Shown piece after piece: positions 11,614 through 22,297 of a DNA stretch of 25,245 nucleotides. Origin of the DNA: Tubiluchus corallicola (taxonomy: Eukaryota > Animalia > Priapulida); NCBI GenBank assembly GCA_030141605.1, contig JAQGDQ010001795.1:1-25245 (forward strand), read 5' to 3'. The position numbers were made by a program, and so were the translations under genes. Position 1 is the first letter of the stretch, and every line of letters starts with the position of its first letter. The notes beneath the pieces were generated by a model. The model did not search any database. It saw only the letters and a list, made by a program, of their open reading frames with translations, and was not told the origin of the DNA.

Positions 11614-11916
11614 CTCTTTTGTGGTTTAATTTCCTTAAGTTTTTGTTGTTTCTGAAAAAGGCGTTATAAGACGTCTCCCAGGCCCCGGACGCCCGACTCC
11701 TGATTTCGGTTCGTGACGAGATGGCAACCCTAATTACACGTCTAAGTTAATATTTGGTAGTGTCCCTTTATCGTTATTGTACTTTGGACTGACAATTAAT
11801 ATTTCAGGCACGTGCTTGACGAAGCAGTCATTTTGTAAATTTTGTCTGACATTTTAACCAAAACTGAAATAATTGCTGACGAAGCTTGGAGTGGGCAGTT
11901 TGGAGACTAAAAAATA

Positions 11917-12244
11917 CAGTCGACCCTCGTTAAACCGGACCCCGTTAGCCCGGATATCGGATAAGACGGATGTCATCCGTGGTAAAGGAAACTGACCGAT
12001 TTCCGTCCGAGCCCGAGCGCTAAACACATCACAGCCTACCAACTCTACAATAATTTCTTTATCCTCACAGGTTAACTATTTTAAAGTAATATACAGTATA
12101 GTATAAAGTGCACAGTATATAGTGCAATGTATATAGGCCTTATTAAGGTGATTATTCCTGTATAATATAGATCATATATAGGCATATCGGATAAATCGGA
12201 CCACCCACCCCCCCTAATTAGTCCGGTTTAACGAGGGTTGACTG
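11917..12244. mobile_element. Tc1/mariner (pogo/Tigger-like) MITE
   Basis: 24-bp TIR CAGTCGACCCTCGTTAAACCGGAC (23/24 match to right end); TA on both flanks. Confidence 0.93.
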
Positions 12245-12463
12245 TATAGACAAGGCGAAGCCAAAATTTATGTTGTGAACCTGTACGAAATTTAACAATA
12301 TGACAGACTTTTGGGAAAATAAATCAAATATTTCTAGGCCTGAATAAGTTTTGAATAAGTTAGTGGTAGAATGAAACTTAATAAGGTGCTTAACTGGCTT
12401 AAATAGCAATTATTTTCTTTGGTGACTTTGATTTCATGTTTTGTGAAAGCTGGATGGTCTAGG

Positions 12464-12836
12464 TGTTGTGTTTTGTTTCTCTCGGAAGGCTCGTAGAGAA
12501 AACCAGAAAACACTTCGTCAAATTAAACTAGTTTATTAAGCGAGAATTCTACAACACAAAAGTATGAAGGAACGCGAAATGTTTACAGTAAATGTGAAAA
12601 CGTGGAAAACGTTTAAGTGTATCTGAAAATGCAGGTAACAAGAGAATGTGTAAGTGGCATCCGTGCGGAATCTGCGTGTGCTCCCGTCTCAGCGGCCTGC
12701 TTCGCCTTATATAGCGCGCCCGAGAAGTTTCCAGAAGTTTTGTTCCAGAACATTCTACACGGTAAGACGATTATTCGAACGAAACATTCTACAATGTTCC
12801 ATGTCATTCTAATAGATGTCAGCGATCTCCACAACA
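12464..12836 (-). mobile_element. Solo LTR, 373 bp
   Basis: Ends TGTTGTG...CACAACA; exact 5-bp TSD CTAGG (12459-12463, 12837-12841); on the minus strand TATATAAG (12706-12713) precedes AATAAA (12532-12537), giving U3-R-U5 order. Confidence 0.9.
12724..12755. promoter_or_regulatory. Two perfect heat-shock elements beside the LTR TATA box
   Basis: GAAgtTTCcaGAA (12724-12736) and TTCcaGAAcaTTC (12743-12755), each three inverted nGAAn units, starting about 10 bp upstream of the minus-strand TATA. Function untested. Confidence 0.6.
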
Positions 12837-13793
12837 CTAGGTCTACAGAATAATGTGTCATACAGCAGGGCAATAAAAGTATTTCCTTCATTTTAACTCC
12901 TTCAGGACCGTAAGCGATTGCTGTATTTTTTTTCACGGGTGCATGAAAACTGCTCTCACTAAGCAGCGATTACATTATAATTCATAATTCTTGTAGGTTT
13001 CTACTCCTCACACACTGGATTTTCATGCAAAATTATGTATGAAATGCATTTGAAAAATTAAAGATCGATTTTTAACGAATAAATTCAAAAACTATTTAGT
13101 AAATTGTGGGGTTTGCATTGTAACGATGTACAGTATCGCTTGTGTGAAATCGGCTAATGCAAGAAATTTCAACTATCCAGACACAACACCCTGATAAACT
13201 TTGGCCTCAAGTCTACTCTATTTGTAAGGAGAAATTCATGTTAAAAGATTAAACTAATTTGATTTCTCCTTGGCTGGTTGGTTGGTTTTTCCTGGAATGG
13301 CAGCAGAACAATGCACGGCTTGGGGTGCAGCAATCAGGCGATCAATAAATTAGTGTGTACAATCATGGAAGTGTACACCAGACTAAGCTACTCAATAGGC
13401 TAAGTTGGAGTGCCTAAAAATGGCGTGTTTTTCTCAACTTTTTCCAATTAAATCCATTATAAGTGTTTCAACAAATAGCATGATTGGATAGCTGAGATTC
13501 TTCAGAATAGAACAGTACAGTAGCAGGTAGCTTCATAGATCAGCAGAAAAGTCAGAGGTCTTGTAAGACCTATTTTAAATGGTGCGGCCCTGAAGGATAA
13601 TTAATAATGACAAATTAATTAAGGACAAAAAACAATGGGTGTCTTTAACAGTGATTTTCTCAAGGTTATGTTTTTCAGTGTGTAGCGTACACCTCAACTT
13701 CAATGTTGATTATCTCAGCTTTGAAATAACATAGAGTGATGAACTTGGTATCAAAATGATCCTCAGGAAATGCAGACTCAGGATATGTGAATA

Positions 13794-14506
13794 CAGTCTA
13801 GCCTCATTATCTCGCCACTGTCCGTCTAGGGCAAATTTTTGGCGAGAGGCGAGTATGGCGAGATAACGGGAATATAACGAAGTTAGTCTATATGTATATA
13901 CATAATAGTTGATTGACATAGTGTTCCTCTATGTACATGTAAAATATATTTCGCATTATGATACCAATCAACATTAAATCAGAAATGTCTTTGAAGAATT
14001 ATTCGTATGATAAATACAAATTTCCTTTTTTTGTTCAGGATTAAGACAAAACAGTTTTCGCTTCAGAGACATCATGTAAAGTTGCTCACACTTTGTGGAA
14101 ACTCAAACTTAAACGCAGCTTTGGTGTTATAGAGTAAGGATATCGGTGACGCTTTAGTTTCTCTGCGCATTAACCAACCACAGCACTCCTAATCTAATCC
14201 TGGTGAGACACACACTAGATTAATCATGTCTGTCTATCGAGTACAGCAGCATTGTCTACATACCGTGGTTATATTGATCGACACGCGGTATATGTATTGA
14301 TCGATTCACCTCTGAGTTTGTCTGTTTGGCGACATAACGAATATAGTTTACATAAGCACTCATCCTAGCATGACGTGGCGAGGGCGAGAAGCGAGGGTGG
14401 CGACTTAACGAGGTAAATATCAAAGCAGGAAATCCGTCCTGGTACTTTCTATGGCGAGAGACGAGTTTGGCGGCATTACGAGGGGCGAGATGACGAGGCT
14501 AGACTG
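13794..14506. mobile_element. Tc1/mariner (pogo/Tigger-like) MITE
   Basis: TIR CAGTCTAGCCTCATTATCTCGCC versus reverse complement of right end CAGTCTAGCCTCGTCATCTCGCC (21/23); TA flanks; subterminal GGCGAG repeats at both ends. Confidence 0.92.
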
Positions 14507-14968
14507 TAACTAGAAAAGCTTAATTGCCGACTTATCGACAATTTTGCTTTGACAAGCACACACATAATATCTCATTATAAAAGGGGCTGTTATAATGAGG
14601 TTTGATCGTATTGGGTAAAGCCCTGTTTACATGCATTCGTTACATTCAAAATATCAACAAACAAGTACAAAATGATACTTATCACATTACAAAACATAAA
14701 TACATCTTCAAATCCTGACAACTTCATTTACAAAGAAATACATTTGGAGGTTTATATTTGAAATCTAAATGGTTAAAACCTTCTGTTTTTTAACTTATGT
14801 ACATTACAGTCGCATTTTTAGATTTGAAATTTCCAGACATATGAATTCTAAATGGCGCTGTTTGTTGGCTGAAAAAAAGCAGCGCGCTGCCAATTTCCTC
14901 AAAAATATTGTTAGTTTTTTGCAAAAAAATTAGACAATAATTTTGTGATATTCTTGCGTGAACGTTAG

Positions 14969-15110
14969 GTAAGCTTCGGAAGTTTTTTAGTTTAAATGGT
15001 TTGCAACCACATAGCAAAGGTAAAAGTTATCAAACAAGATGATTATTCGCTTTCTTGGAGGGCCGTAATATTAGGATGATGGAAAAATTCACAGAGTGTA
15101 TTGTTGTTGC

Positions 15111-15150
<40 letters not shown>

Positions 15151-15440
15151 GCCACGACTGCTGCTGCTGTTACTATTACTGTTGTTGTTGTTGCCACCAC
15201 TGCTGCTGCTGTTACTATTACTGTTGTTGTTGTTGTTGTTGTTGTTGCCGCTGCTGTTGCTGCTGTTACTGTTGTTGTTGCTGTTGCTGTTGTTGTTGCT
15301 GCTGCCACTGTTGCTATTGTTGTTGCTGTTGTTGTTGTTGTTCTCGTCGTCTTTGTTGCTGCCGCCATCGCTGTTGTTGTCATTGTTGTTGTTATACAAG
15401 TTGAAGTCGAAAACTCCATTATAAATTCTTTTTCTTCCAG
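14969..15440 (+). other. Predicted 5'-UTR intron of IntS9
   Basis: Donor-like TAG|GTAAGC (GT at 14969) and strong acceptor TTCTTTTCCTTCCAG| (AG at 15439-15440), 128 nt before the ATG. The acceptor is better supported than its pairing with this donor. Confidence 0.5.
15100..15394. repeat. Compound (GTT/GCT)n trinucleotide microsatellite
   Basis: Directly visible; it generates the poly-V/C/L/T/N ORFs in the track. Confidence 0.96.
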
Positions 15441-15568
15441 ACTAAGATGCAATGACGTAATCTTGCTGGTGGCCGAGCACCACAATTGATGAAAAAGTGT
15501 TAAATTTCGCCTTGTGTATGTATGTAACACTGGCCTACCTTGTTTACTAATGTGAGACTGCTTCAACA

Positions 15569-17512
15569 ATGAAGGTCTATTGTCTCAGCGGTCATCCAAA
15601 CCAACCGTGCATGGTGGTCAAGTTCAAAAACACAACACTAATGCTTGATTGTGCCCTGGACATGACCACAACGTTAAATTTTCTTCCCGTTCCTCTGGTC
15701 AACAGTCCTCGGCTGTCGGGTCTTCCCGTGTGGAAGCCGAAAGACGGTTCATTGTCACTAGCTACAAAAACCGCTTTTCAAGAACTTCGAGAATGCCACA
15801 ACGAACCTTTCGTCGACAGCGTTCCGGAGTTCGGTACCCCGGCGTCCGACATCGTGGACATGTCCGAAGTCGACGCCATTTTGATATCAAACTACCGTTC
15901 CATGCTGGCGCTGCCGTTTATCGCGGAACACACTGGGTTCAAAGGTGTAGTGTACGCTACCGAGCCCACGCTGCAGACTGCCAGACAGTTCATGGAAGAG
16001 ATGGTTCACTATGTAGAGAGGAGGCCGAAAGGCAAAACTGCGAGGAAGTGGAAAGAGTCGGCCGTACTGAACTGCACCCCTCAGCATTTTCAAGAGCATT
16101 GCAAAACGTGCAGCGATTGGAAACAATTGTATAACAACGACGATATTAACGCCAGTTTAGCGCGAGTGAAAATGGTTGGATTTAACGAAGTGTTGAACGT
16201 GTTCGGATGCGTTTCACTGACTGCTATAAGTTCGGGTTACTGCATCGGAAGCTGTAATTGGCTGATCGAATCTGCGCACGAGAAAATAGTTTATCTTTCG
16301 GCTTCGTCGACGCTCACAACGCACCCGAAGCCTATCGAACAAGCACCGTTACGTAACAGTAACGTGTTAATACTGTCCTCGCTGACGCAGACGCCAACGA
16401 ATAATCCGGACAGTATGATAGGCGAGTTCTGCGTTACCGCTGCATTGACTGTTCAGAACGGCGGGAACGTTCTTGTGCCGTGTTATCCGGCTGGAGTCGT
16501 TTACGACCTCTTCGAATGTCTGTCCTCGCATTTGGACAATTCCGGTCTGGGACACGTGCCGTTTTACTTTATTTCACCGGTAGCTGCCAGCTCCCTGGCT
16601 TACTCGAACATATTTGCCGAGTGGCTGTCGTCCGGAAAGCAGAACAAAGTGTATTTGCCGGAGGAACCGTTCCCCCACGCGCTTCTAGCGAAACACGGTC
16701 GATTGAAACACTTCGCCAACATTCACGACATGGAGGTGAACGACTTCAAAACGCCGTGCGTGGTGTTCGCCGGTCATCCTTCGCTCCGATTCGGCGATGC
16801 CGTCCATTTCCTCGAAATGTGGGGCAAGTCGAGTTCGAGCACGATCATCATGACGGAGCCGGACTTTTCTCACTTGGAGGCGCTTGCTCCGTATCAACCG
16901 CTGATGATGAAGGTGGCCCACTGTCCGATTGACACCAGCCTAAGTTTTGTCCAAGCCAATAAGTTGATACTGGATCTGAAACCAATGGGTTTACTTCTAG
17001 CGGACAGATACGTACATCCAACGTCGCACAGGGCCGATTTACTCATTGAAGCTGACACGAGGGTTTTCACTTACGCGAGAGGGAGCGTCGTCAAGATGCC
17101 CGTGAAGAGGACGCACGAAGCCATCGAAATGGACTTGACCTTGGCCGCCCAGTTGCAACCGATTCCGATAAAACCGGGAATTGCGCTGGGAACCGTGAGC
17201 GGGAAAATGACGATGGCAGATAACAGAATCGTTCTCAAGCCGATCGACGAACCGTCGTCGAAGCGGAGCAAGTGCCCGAAGAAGTACTTTTGGGGCAGCA
17301 TCGAGGTGAATCAGTTCGTGCAAGCGCTGGCCCAGCACGGCATAGCCGACGCCAAGGTTACGGAAAGCGGAGACGGGCACATCGTTCACCTGCAGTCGGA
17401 GGACACGCTAATCCAAATAGAAGAATCGTCGACCCACATTTTTTGCGAAGGGGACGAAAAGCTTCGGAGAAAATTGATGGACATTGTCCAACTTTGCCTG
17501 TCGAAGTTTTGA
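15569..17512 (+). CDS. INTS9: Integrator complex subunit 9 (catalytically inactive MBL/beta-CASP protein), intronless CDS, 647 aa
   Basis: N-terminus MKVYCLSGHPNQPC..KFKNTTLMLDCALDMTTTLNFLPVPLV, degenerate metal motif ILISNYRSMLALP, VYATEPT, SSGYCIGSCNW, GGNVLVPCYP, GHPSLRFGD and C-terminal ...LSKF are colinear with animal INTS9 as recalled; no stops or frameshifts. Confidence 0.97.
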   Translation: MKVYCLSGHPNQPCMVVKFKNTTLMLDCALDMTTTLNFLPVPLVNSPRLSGLPVWKPKDGSLSLATKTAFQELRECHNEPFVDSVPEFGTPASDIVDMSEVDAILISNYRSMLALPFIAEHTGFKGVVYATEPTLQTARQFMEEMVHYVERRPKGKTARKWKESAVLNCTPQHFQEHCKTCSDWKQLYNNDDINASLARVKMVGFNEVLNVFGCVSLTAISSGYCIGSCNWLIESAHEKIVYLSASSTLTTHPKPIEQAPLRNSNVLILSSLTQTPTNNPDSMIGEFCVTAALTVQNGGNVLVPCYPAGVVYDLFECLSSHLDNSGLGHVPFYFISPVAASSLAYSNIFAEWLSSGKQNKVYLPEEPFPHALLAKHGRLKHFANIHDMEVNDFKTPCVVFAGHPSLRFGDAVHFLEMWGKSSSSTIIMTEPDFSHLEALAPYQPLMMKVAHCPIDTSLSFVQANKLILDLKPMGLLLADRYVHPTSHRADLLIEADTRVFTYARGSVVKMPVKRTHEAIEMDLTLAAQLQPIPIKPGIALGTVSGKMTMADNRIVLKPIDEPSSKRSKCPKKYFWGSIEVNQFVQALAQHGIADAKVTESGDGHIVHLQSEDTLIQIEESSTHIFCEGDEKLRRKLMDIVQLCLSKF

Positions 17513-17687
17513 CGTTGTCACATTTGGGTAACTAGTAACATGTATGTCAATGTTCAGTGCAATCATAACGTAATTACTAAAATGAAAATGTAACAGCCAT
17601 TGCCCAATTAAGCAGAGACATAGCTTTAATTTAGACACAAACATCTGCAACGCTTCGGTCAGTTATGGTCATGTTCATGCAACAAAC

Positions 17688-17826
17688 CGCCTAAGTAAAA
17701 TACAGTGTATGACTATATGTTTACAGTAGTGTTCATGTTTGGGGCAAAGATTTCCCTTATTACTACCCATAGGCATTAGTTAGAAAATGAATAGACTGCC
17801 TAAGTAAAATACAGTGTATGACTATA
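17688..17826. repeat. 29-bp direct repeat, two copies 110 bp apart
   Basis: GCCTAAGTAAAATACAGTGTATGACTATA at about 17688 and 17798. Confidence 0.85.
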
Positions 17827-18344
17827 CGTTTCGGTTCGTTTATCGCGGACTCGCTGTTTCACGGGTTCTTGCGATACTCCGTCTAAAGTATTTTTGCACA
17901 TGCGTAGTACGTATTGTACAGTAATGTATACATTTGATGAATTTTGTATAAAAAATTGCAAAATGTATAAAAATATACTAAAAAGAATAATTCTAATATT
18001 AAAAGAATATTATAAATCATAAAAATTACCATTTACAGTAAATAGTGTATTTATTCGGCGGATGAATACACACCAAAAACGAAAAGTAGTACTTGCGCCA
18101 TGTATCTGTAGAACGTATCTTCAATGGTGAATACCTATATCCATTTTTTTAAAATTACATTTCTAGCTTTAAGAGTTTAAAACATTTTTTATGAACCTTT
18201 TATGTATAAGAGTGTGGGGAGGGTTTATAAAGACTTAAAATAATGTATAACTACTAAAACAAGTATAGCGTCCCTACTTCACAGAAATTCACTTATCGCG
18301 GGCGCGCCTGGAAAGGAACAACCACGATAAGTGAGGGAACACTG
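17812..18344. mobile_element. Degenerate pogo/Tigger-like MITE
   Basis: Right end CGATAAGTGAGGGAACACTG-TA is Tigger-like; left end matches only TA-CAGTGT; TTATCGCGG motifs occur near both ends. Confidence 0.5.
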
Positions 18345-18767
18345 TATATTGAAAAAATTTGGGAATTTCAACTTTTTTACTGTATTATAAATAACGTAAC
18401 GTACTTAAAAAGATATCTTCAATCGCAATCATCGTTATAAACATCCAATTGAACGGAAAACTGAATTTTGAACTAATTCACACATTGTGCATTTTTGCCA
18501 CTAGAAATCACTTAAAAATGGTTTGCGGTCATCCCGTTTTTTTCGAGGAAAATCATGTATTAATGAAATTATGATCACAAAATTTTACCATTTAAATATT
18601 AAAGGCCAGCGCAACATGAAACTAACAAGTTAAGAAATTACTCCACCCAAAATGAAGTAAAGCAAACACTTTGAAATCGAATTTATTAATGTAATTCTTA
18701 CTGGCTTGCAAGATGCATAGGTTAGTTTGTCGTATCCAAATTTCTTACAAGCTAATGTGAATAGTTT

Positions 18768-18835
18768 GCCATGGCCGTGCCAGCCGTGGCCGTGCCAGCC
18801 GTAGCCGTGCCAGCCGTAGCCGTGCCAGCCGTGGC
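18768..18835. repeat. 15-bp GC-rich tandem repeat (GCCGTGCCAGCCGTR), about 4.5 copies
   Basis: Directly visible. Confidence 0.92.
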
Positions 18836-18900
18836 ACGCAATACAACATGCGTAATAAAAGCCAATCTTCTGCACTCACTGGGGATACGTTAAGGAAGTC

Positions 18901-18997
18901 ATGGTACCGGCAATCACGATGAACAATAAAAAAGATGGTACCGGCAGTCGTGATGAACAATAAAAAATGGTAGTGGCAATCATGGTGGACAAATAAA
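18901..18997. repeat. About 33-bp tandem repeat, three copies
   Basis: ATGGTACCGGCARTCRYGATGAACAATAAAAA at 18901 and 18935, diverged copy at 18967. Confidence 0.8.
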
Positions 18998-20161
18998 TCA
19001 GGTTCAATCGGAATTCTTGACCTATTATTTTCATAATAATTACATTTAAACTTTTCACTTCACAAGTTACATCATTCTTGAGCAAATTTGCCTAGAGTCA
19101 CAATTATAAACATTTCAGAAAGTGCAGATCTATGGTGTTGGTATCAAGAACGTTATTTAAGGAACCAGAATGTTTTTTCTTGCATCACTTTCAGGTACGA
19201 TAAAAACTACACATTTTAACAACTATAGTAGTGCCAAACCATTAGGTTAAAAGCTTAATTAACAGCCAGAGACCCCAAGTGATGATGTCACAAATGAACA
19301 ACTGAACATAATTTTCAACAAACAGTTCATGAGCGTGTTGCATGTATTTGCGAAACCGAAAATTTAAGTACAGTGTTACTCTAAAACATTTAGTGTGATA
19401 TACAAAAACTCGACAAATTTCAAGTTTAAAATTATGCATGAGCTGTCGAAAGAGTGCACTACATCACAACTGAACACCTATGGACAGTGAGGAACAACAC
19501 CTATTTTTGTGCAGTGCGTTTACGAGTTGCAGGTGTTAGTGCCCGTCTACATGGCAAATGGTTAAATCCATGTAACAGTGAAGAAATAGTCGCGCGAATG
19601 CGAAAATAAGTCTTTTCACGGTTGCAGTGATTGATGATGATTATGAAAAGGTCAAAGGTTAAGTGTACCAGACAACGCATTTATGTACACTTGACAACGC
19701 CTCGCAACCCATGCTACTCTAATAGTAACCGTTTTCACAGCTAGCTAGAACCTTACCTAGTTCACTTTTTCTTGTTCCCAAGCAATATTTTGCTAATAAA
19801 TCATTCTACGTTCAGACTATTGCATAATTAAGTAAAGTCCACATAAAACAACTGAAGTTACTGAACTGATGGCAGACAGCTTTGCTTTACACGCAAATGA
19901 CACGCGACGGTTGTAGATAAGAAACGTTGCTGTGGTATACGTAATCTTTGACCTACAGCAACTGCGCATGTGCACAAGGCGAAACTGCGAAAAGGCTTAT
20001 TAATTTTCTGTGGTAATAATTCTTTCAGGAAAGTCTTTCTTGGAAAAATAGTATGGGCAGATTATTTTAAGCTACAGTTTAAGATTGGGTGCGGTTTTCC
20101 TTTAATTACATTTCATTTTGTTTAGCAACACCCCTTTTAGTGCAGATTGGGTAGAAGTTAA

Positions 20162-20579
20162 CCCTTTCATACCCGTTGTATCCCGTGGGATACGAGAATA
20201 TTTTCTGCCTTTAAAATTAATAAAATTTTAAAACTGACAGTTATTTGATCTGTTAATATTTATTTTGATTTAAGCCAATAACAATAGATTAAAAATAGTG
20301 ATAAAATGGCAAACTAGAAAATCTACATAGCATAAAAAACTGTGCAAGGTACAGTACTTTAGAGACGACTTTGTACTGATCAGCATAGCGTGCATACTAA
20401 ATGTCTTAAATGCTTTAAAAAATTATCAGCAGTTGCAAAATGAAGCACATTTTTGCTTTTGTTGTGTTTTTAAAAAAGTCGGACTTTGTTTTTTTGCACA
20501 TGACAAGGAATACATTGGGAACAAAAGTACCGAGCCAAATTTTTTTTCTTTTTAAAAAAATAATTTGGGACTGAAAGAG
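20162..20579. mobile_element. piggyBac-like MITE
   Basis: TTAA at 20158-20161 and 20580-20583; ends CCCTTTCATACCC versus reverse complement CTCTTTCAGTCCC (10/13). Confidence 0.75.
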
Positions 20580-20818
20580 TTAACACTTTCTACAATATTT
20601 CTTGCAAAGATAACTCGTCTGAAAGTTTTTACAGGTAGGAGTTAACACTTTCTACAAGATTTCTTGGAAAGGTAACTCGTCTGAAAGTTTTTACAGGTAG
20701 GAGTTAACACTTTCTACAAGATTTCTTGCAAAGATAACTCGTCTGAAAGTTTTTACAGGTAGGAGTTAACACTTTCTACAAGATTTCTTGCAAAGATAAC
20801 TCGTCTGAAAGTTTTTAC
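20577..20818. repeat. 62-bp tandem repeat, about 4 copies
   Basis: GAGTTAACACTTTCTACAAGATTTCTTGCAAAGATAACTCGTCTGAAAGTTTTTACAGGTAG; GAGTTAAC at 20577 and 20639 gives period 62. Confidence 0.95.
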
Positions 20819-21012
20819 ACTCTCCGTTTAACGCCCAGACTGGACAGTAGATACTCGTGTCTTTACAAGAACTTCTGGCTTCTGCCTTCGACAAAAAGCT
20901 TCCCGGTGATGCTAGAAAAATTGCAAAACATATTGTAAATGAAGGGAAATGGAAGATATGACATAGAATAGAGTATGACGATCCAAAAGGGTCACGTAAA
21001 TGTGTCTGATAC

Positions 21013-21494
21013 TGCAGAGAGTAGCTATGTCAGTAAGCAATGGCAATGCAGAGGGCAGCTATGTCAGTAAGCAATGGCAAGCTATGTCAGTAAGCAATGG
21101 CAATGCAGAGGGCAGCTATGTCAGTAAGCAATGGCAATGCAGAGGGCAGCTATGTCAGTAAGCAATGGCAATGCAGAGGGCAGCTATGTCAGTAAGCAAT
21201 GGCAATGCAGAGGGTAGCTATGTCAGTAAGCAATGGCAATGCAGAGGGATGGCAATGCAGAGGGTAGCTATGTCAGTAAGCAATGGCAAGCTATGTCAGT
21301 AAGCAATGGCAATGCAGAGGGCAGCTATGTCAGTAAGCAATGGCAATGCAGAGGGTAGCTATGTCAGTAAGCAATGGCAATGCAGAGGGCAGCTATGTCA
21401 GTAAGCAATGGCAATGCAGAGGGTAGCTATGACAGTAAGCAATGGCAATGCAGAGGGTAGCTATGTCAGTAAGCAATGACACTGTAGACGCTAG
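21013..21494. repeat. 34-bp minisatellite, about 14 units including deletion variants
   Basis: Unit AGCTATGTCAGTAAGCAATGGCAATGCAGAGGGY; a 23-bp truncated unit occurs twice. Confidence 0.96.
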
Positions 21495-22297
21495 CCTGAG
21501 AATTTCTATTCAGAGGTAGTATGAATTGCGTTCAGGCTTTATATACAGTTTTTTGCAAATTTCTTTGTTTTGTTTTTCTAAGTTTAAGTGATAACAGTAA
21601 AATAAACACAAGATGCTAAATGACTTGTGTTTTCCTTTAATGCGTCTTTGTCATATGATCAACTCGCTTACCATAGTCAACACAAACTTTGCAAGCTTTT
21701 CTACACCATCTGCTCATAAAATCAAGATCCCACCAACAAAAACCGGCAGATGCCCATCTATTACACTGACCATCAGCATCGTCTAACCAAGGGTAGGAAT
21801 TCGTGCACTCTGAAATGATTTTAATTTGATTTTGGTCTGTGACCTACCAACTATAACTCTTCAATATATTGTACTACAGGACTGTGGTGGAATGAAATGT
21901 AATACTGGCAGGGGAATACAGTAGATTTCTCAGGTGTGCGTGTGAACGTGGCTTTATCTAGCACATAGACTCGTATTCTGACCTTGTGTTAGTAAAAGGC
22001 AATAGTCACGTGCACACCTGAGCTTATAAAAAGGGAAGGTCTGCTGTAGACCCTTGTCAGTGGTCGTGTCTTTTCACAGGCTTTGCCGCAAACTCCGTTC
22101 TTCTAGGTAAGCTGTTTGTTCCTTATTGGGGGTGTCATATGTAGTAATAAAATTGCCATATCGACTCTATTATTCGGGTTTTGTTTTGGGTTTGGTGTTG
22201 AAGGACTTAATTGGGACATGCCGCACGGTGTGGGCCGTGGTGCCATCCGTCCTGCCTCCGTTAAAAGCGGACAGCAGTCCAATATCTTATGTACTGA

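Larger units (their letters stand above)
10221..11732. mobile_element. Non-autonomous hAT-like element (TAGGGTTGCCA TIRs) carrying nested insertions
   Basis: 11-bp TIR TAGGGTTGCCA (10221-10231) / TGGCAACCCTA (11722-11732); flanks ATCACAAG / ATTACACG match 6/8, consistent with a decayed 8-bp TSD. Confidence 0.7.

Noticed and set aside
15030-15569. Poly-T/N/V/C/L ORFs, and an N-terminal extension of IntS9
   Set aside because: Products of the (GTT)n microsatellite; IntS9 homology begins exactly at the ATG at 15569.
15649-17650. Overlapping alternative-frame and antisense ORFs within IntS9
   Set aside because: No recognisable motifs; expected shadows of a GC-rich CDS.
21883-22260. Second solo LTR or an internal exon (TG start, TATAAAA near 22025, AATAAA near 22146; acceptor 21933, donor 22107)
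   Set aside because: No CA end with a matching TSD; the candidate exon has stops in all three frames.
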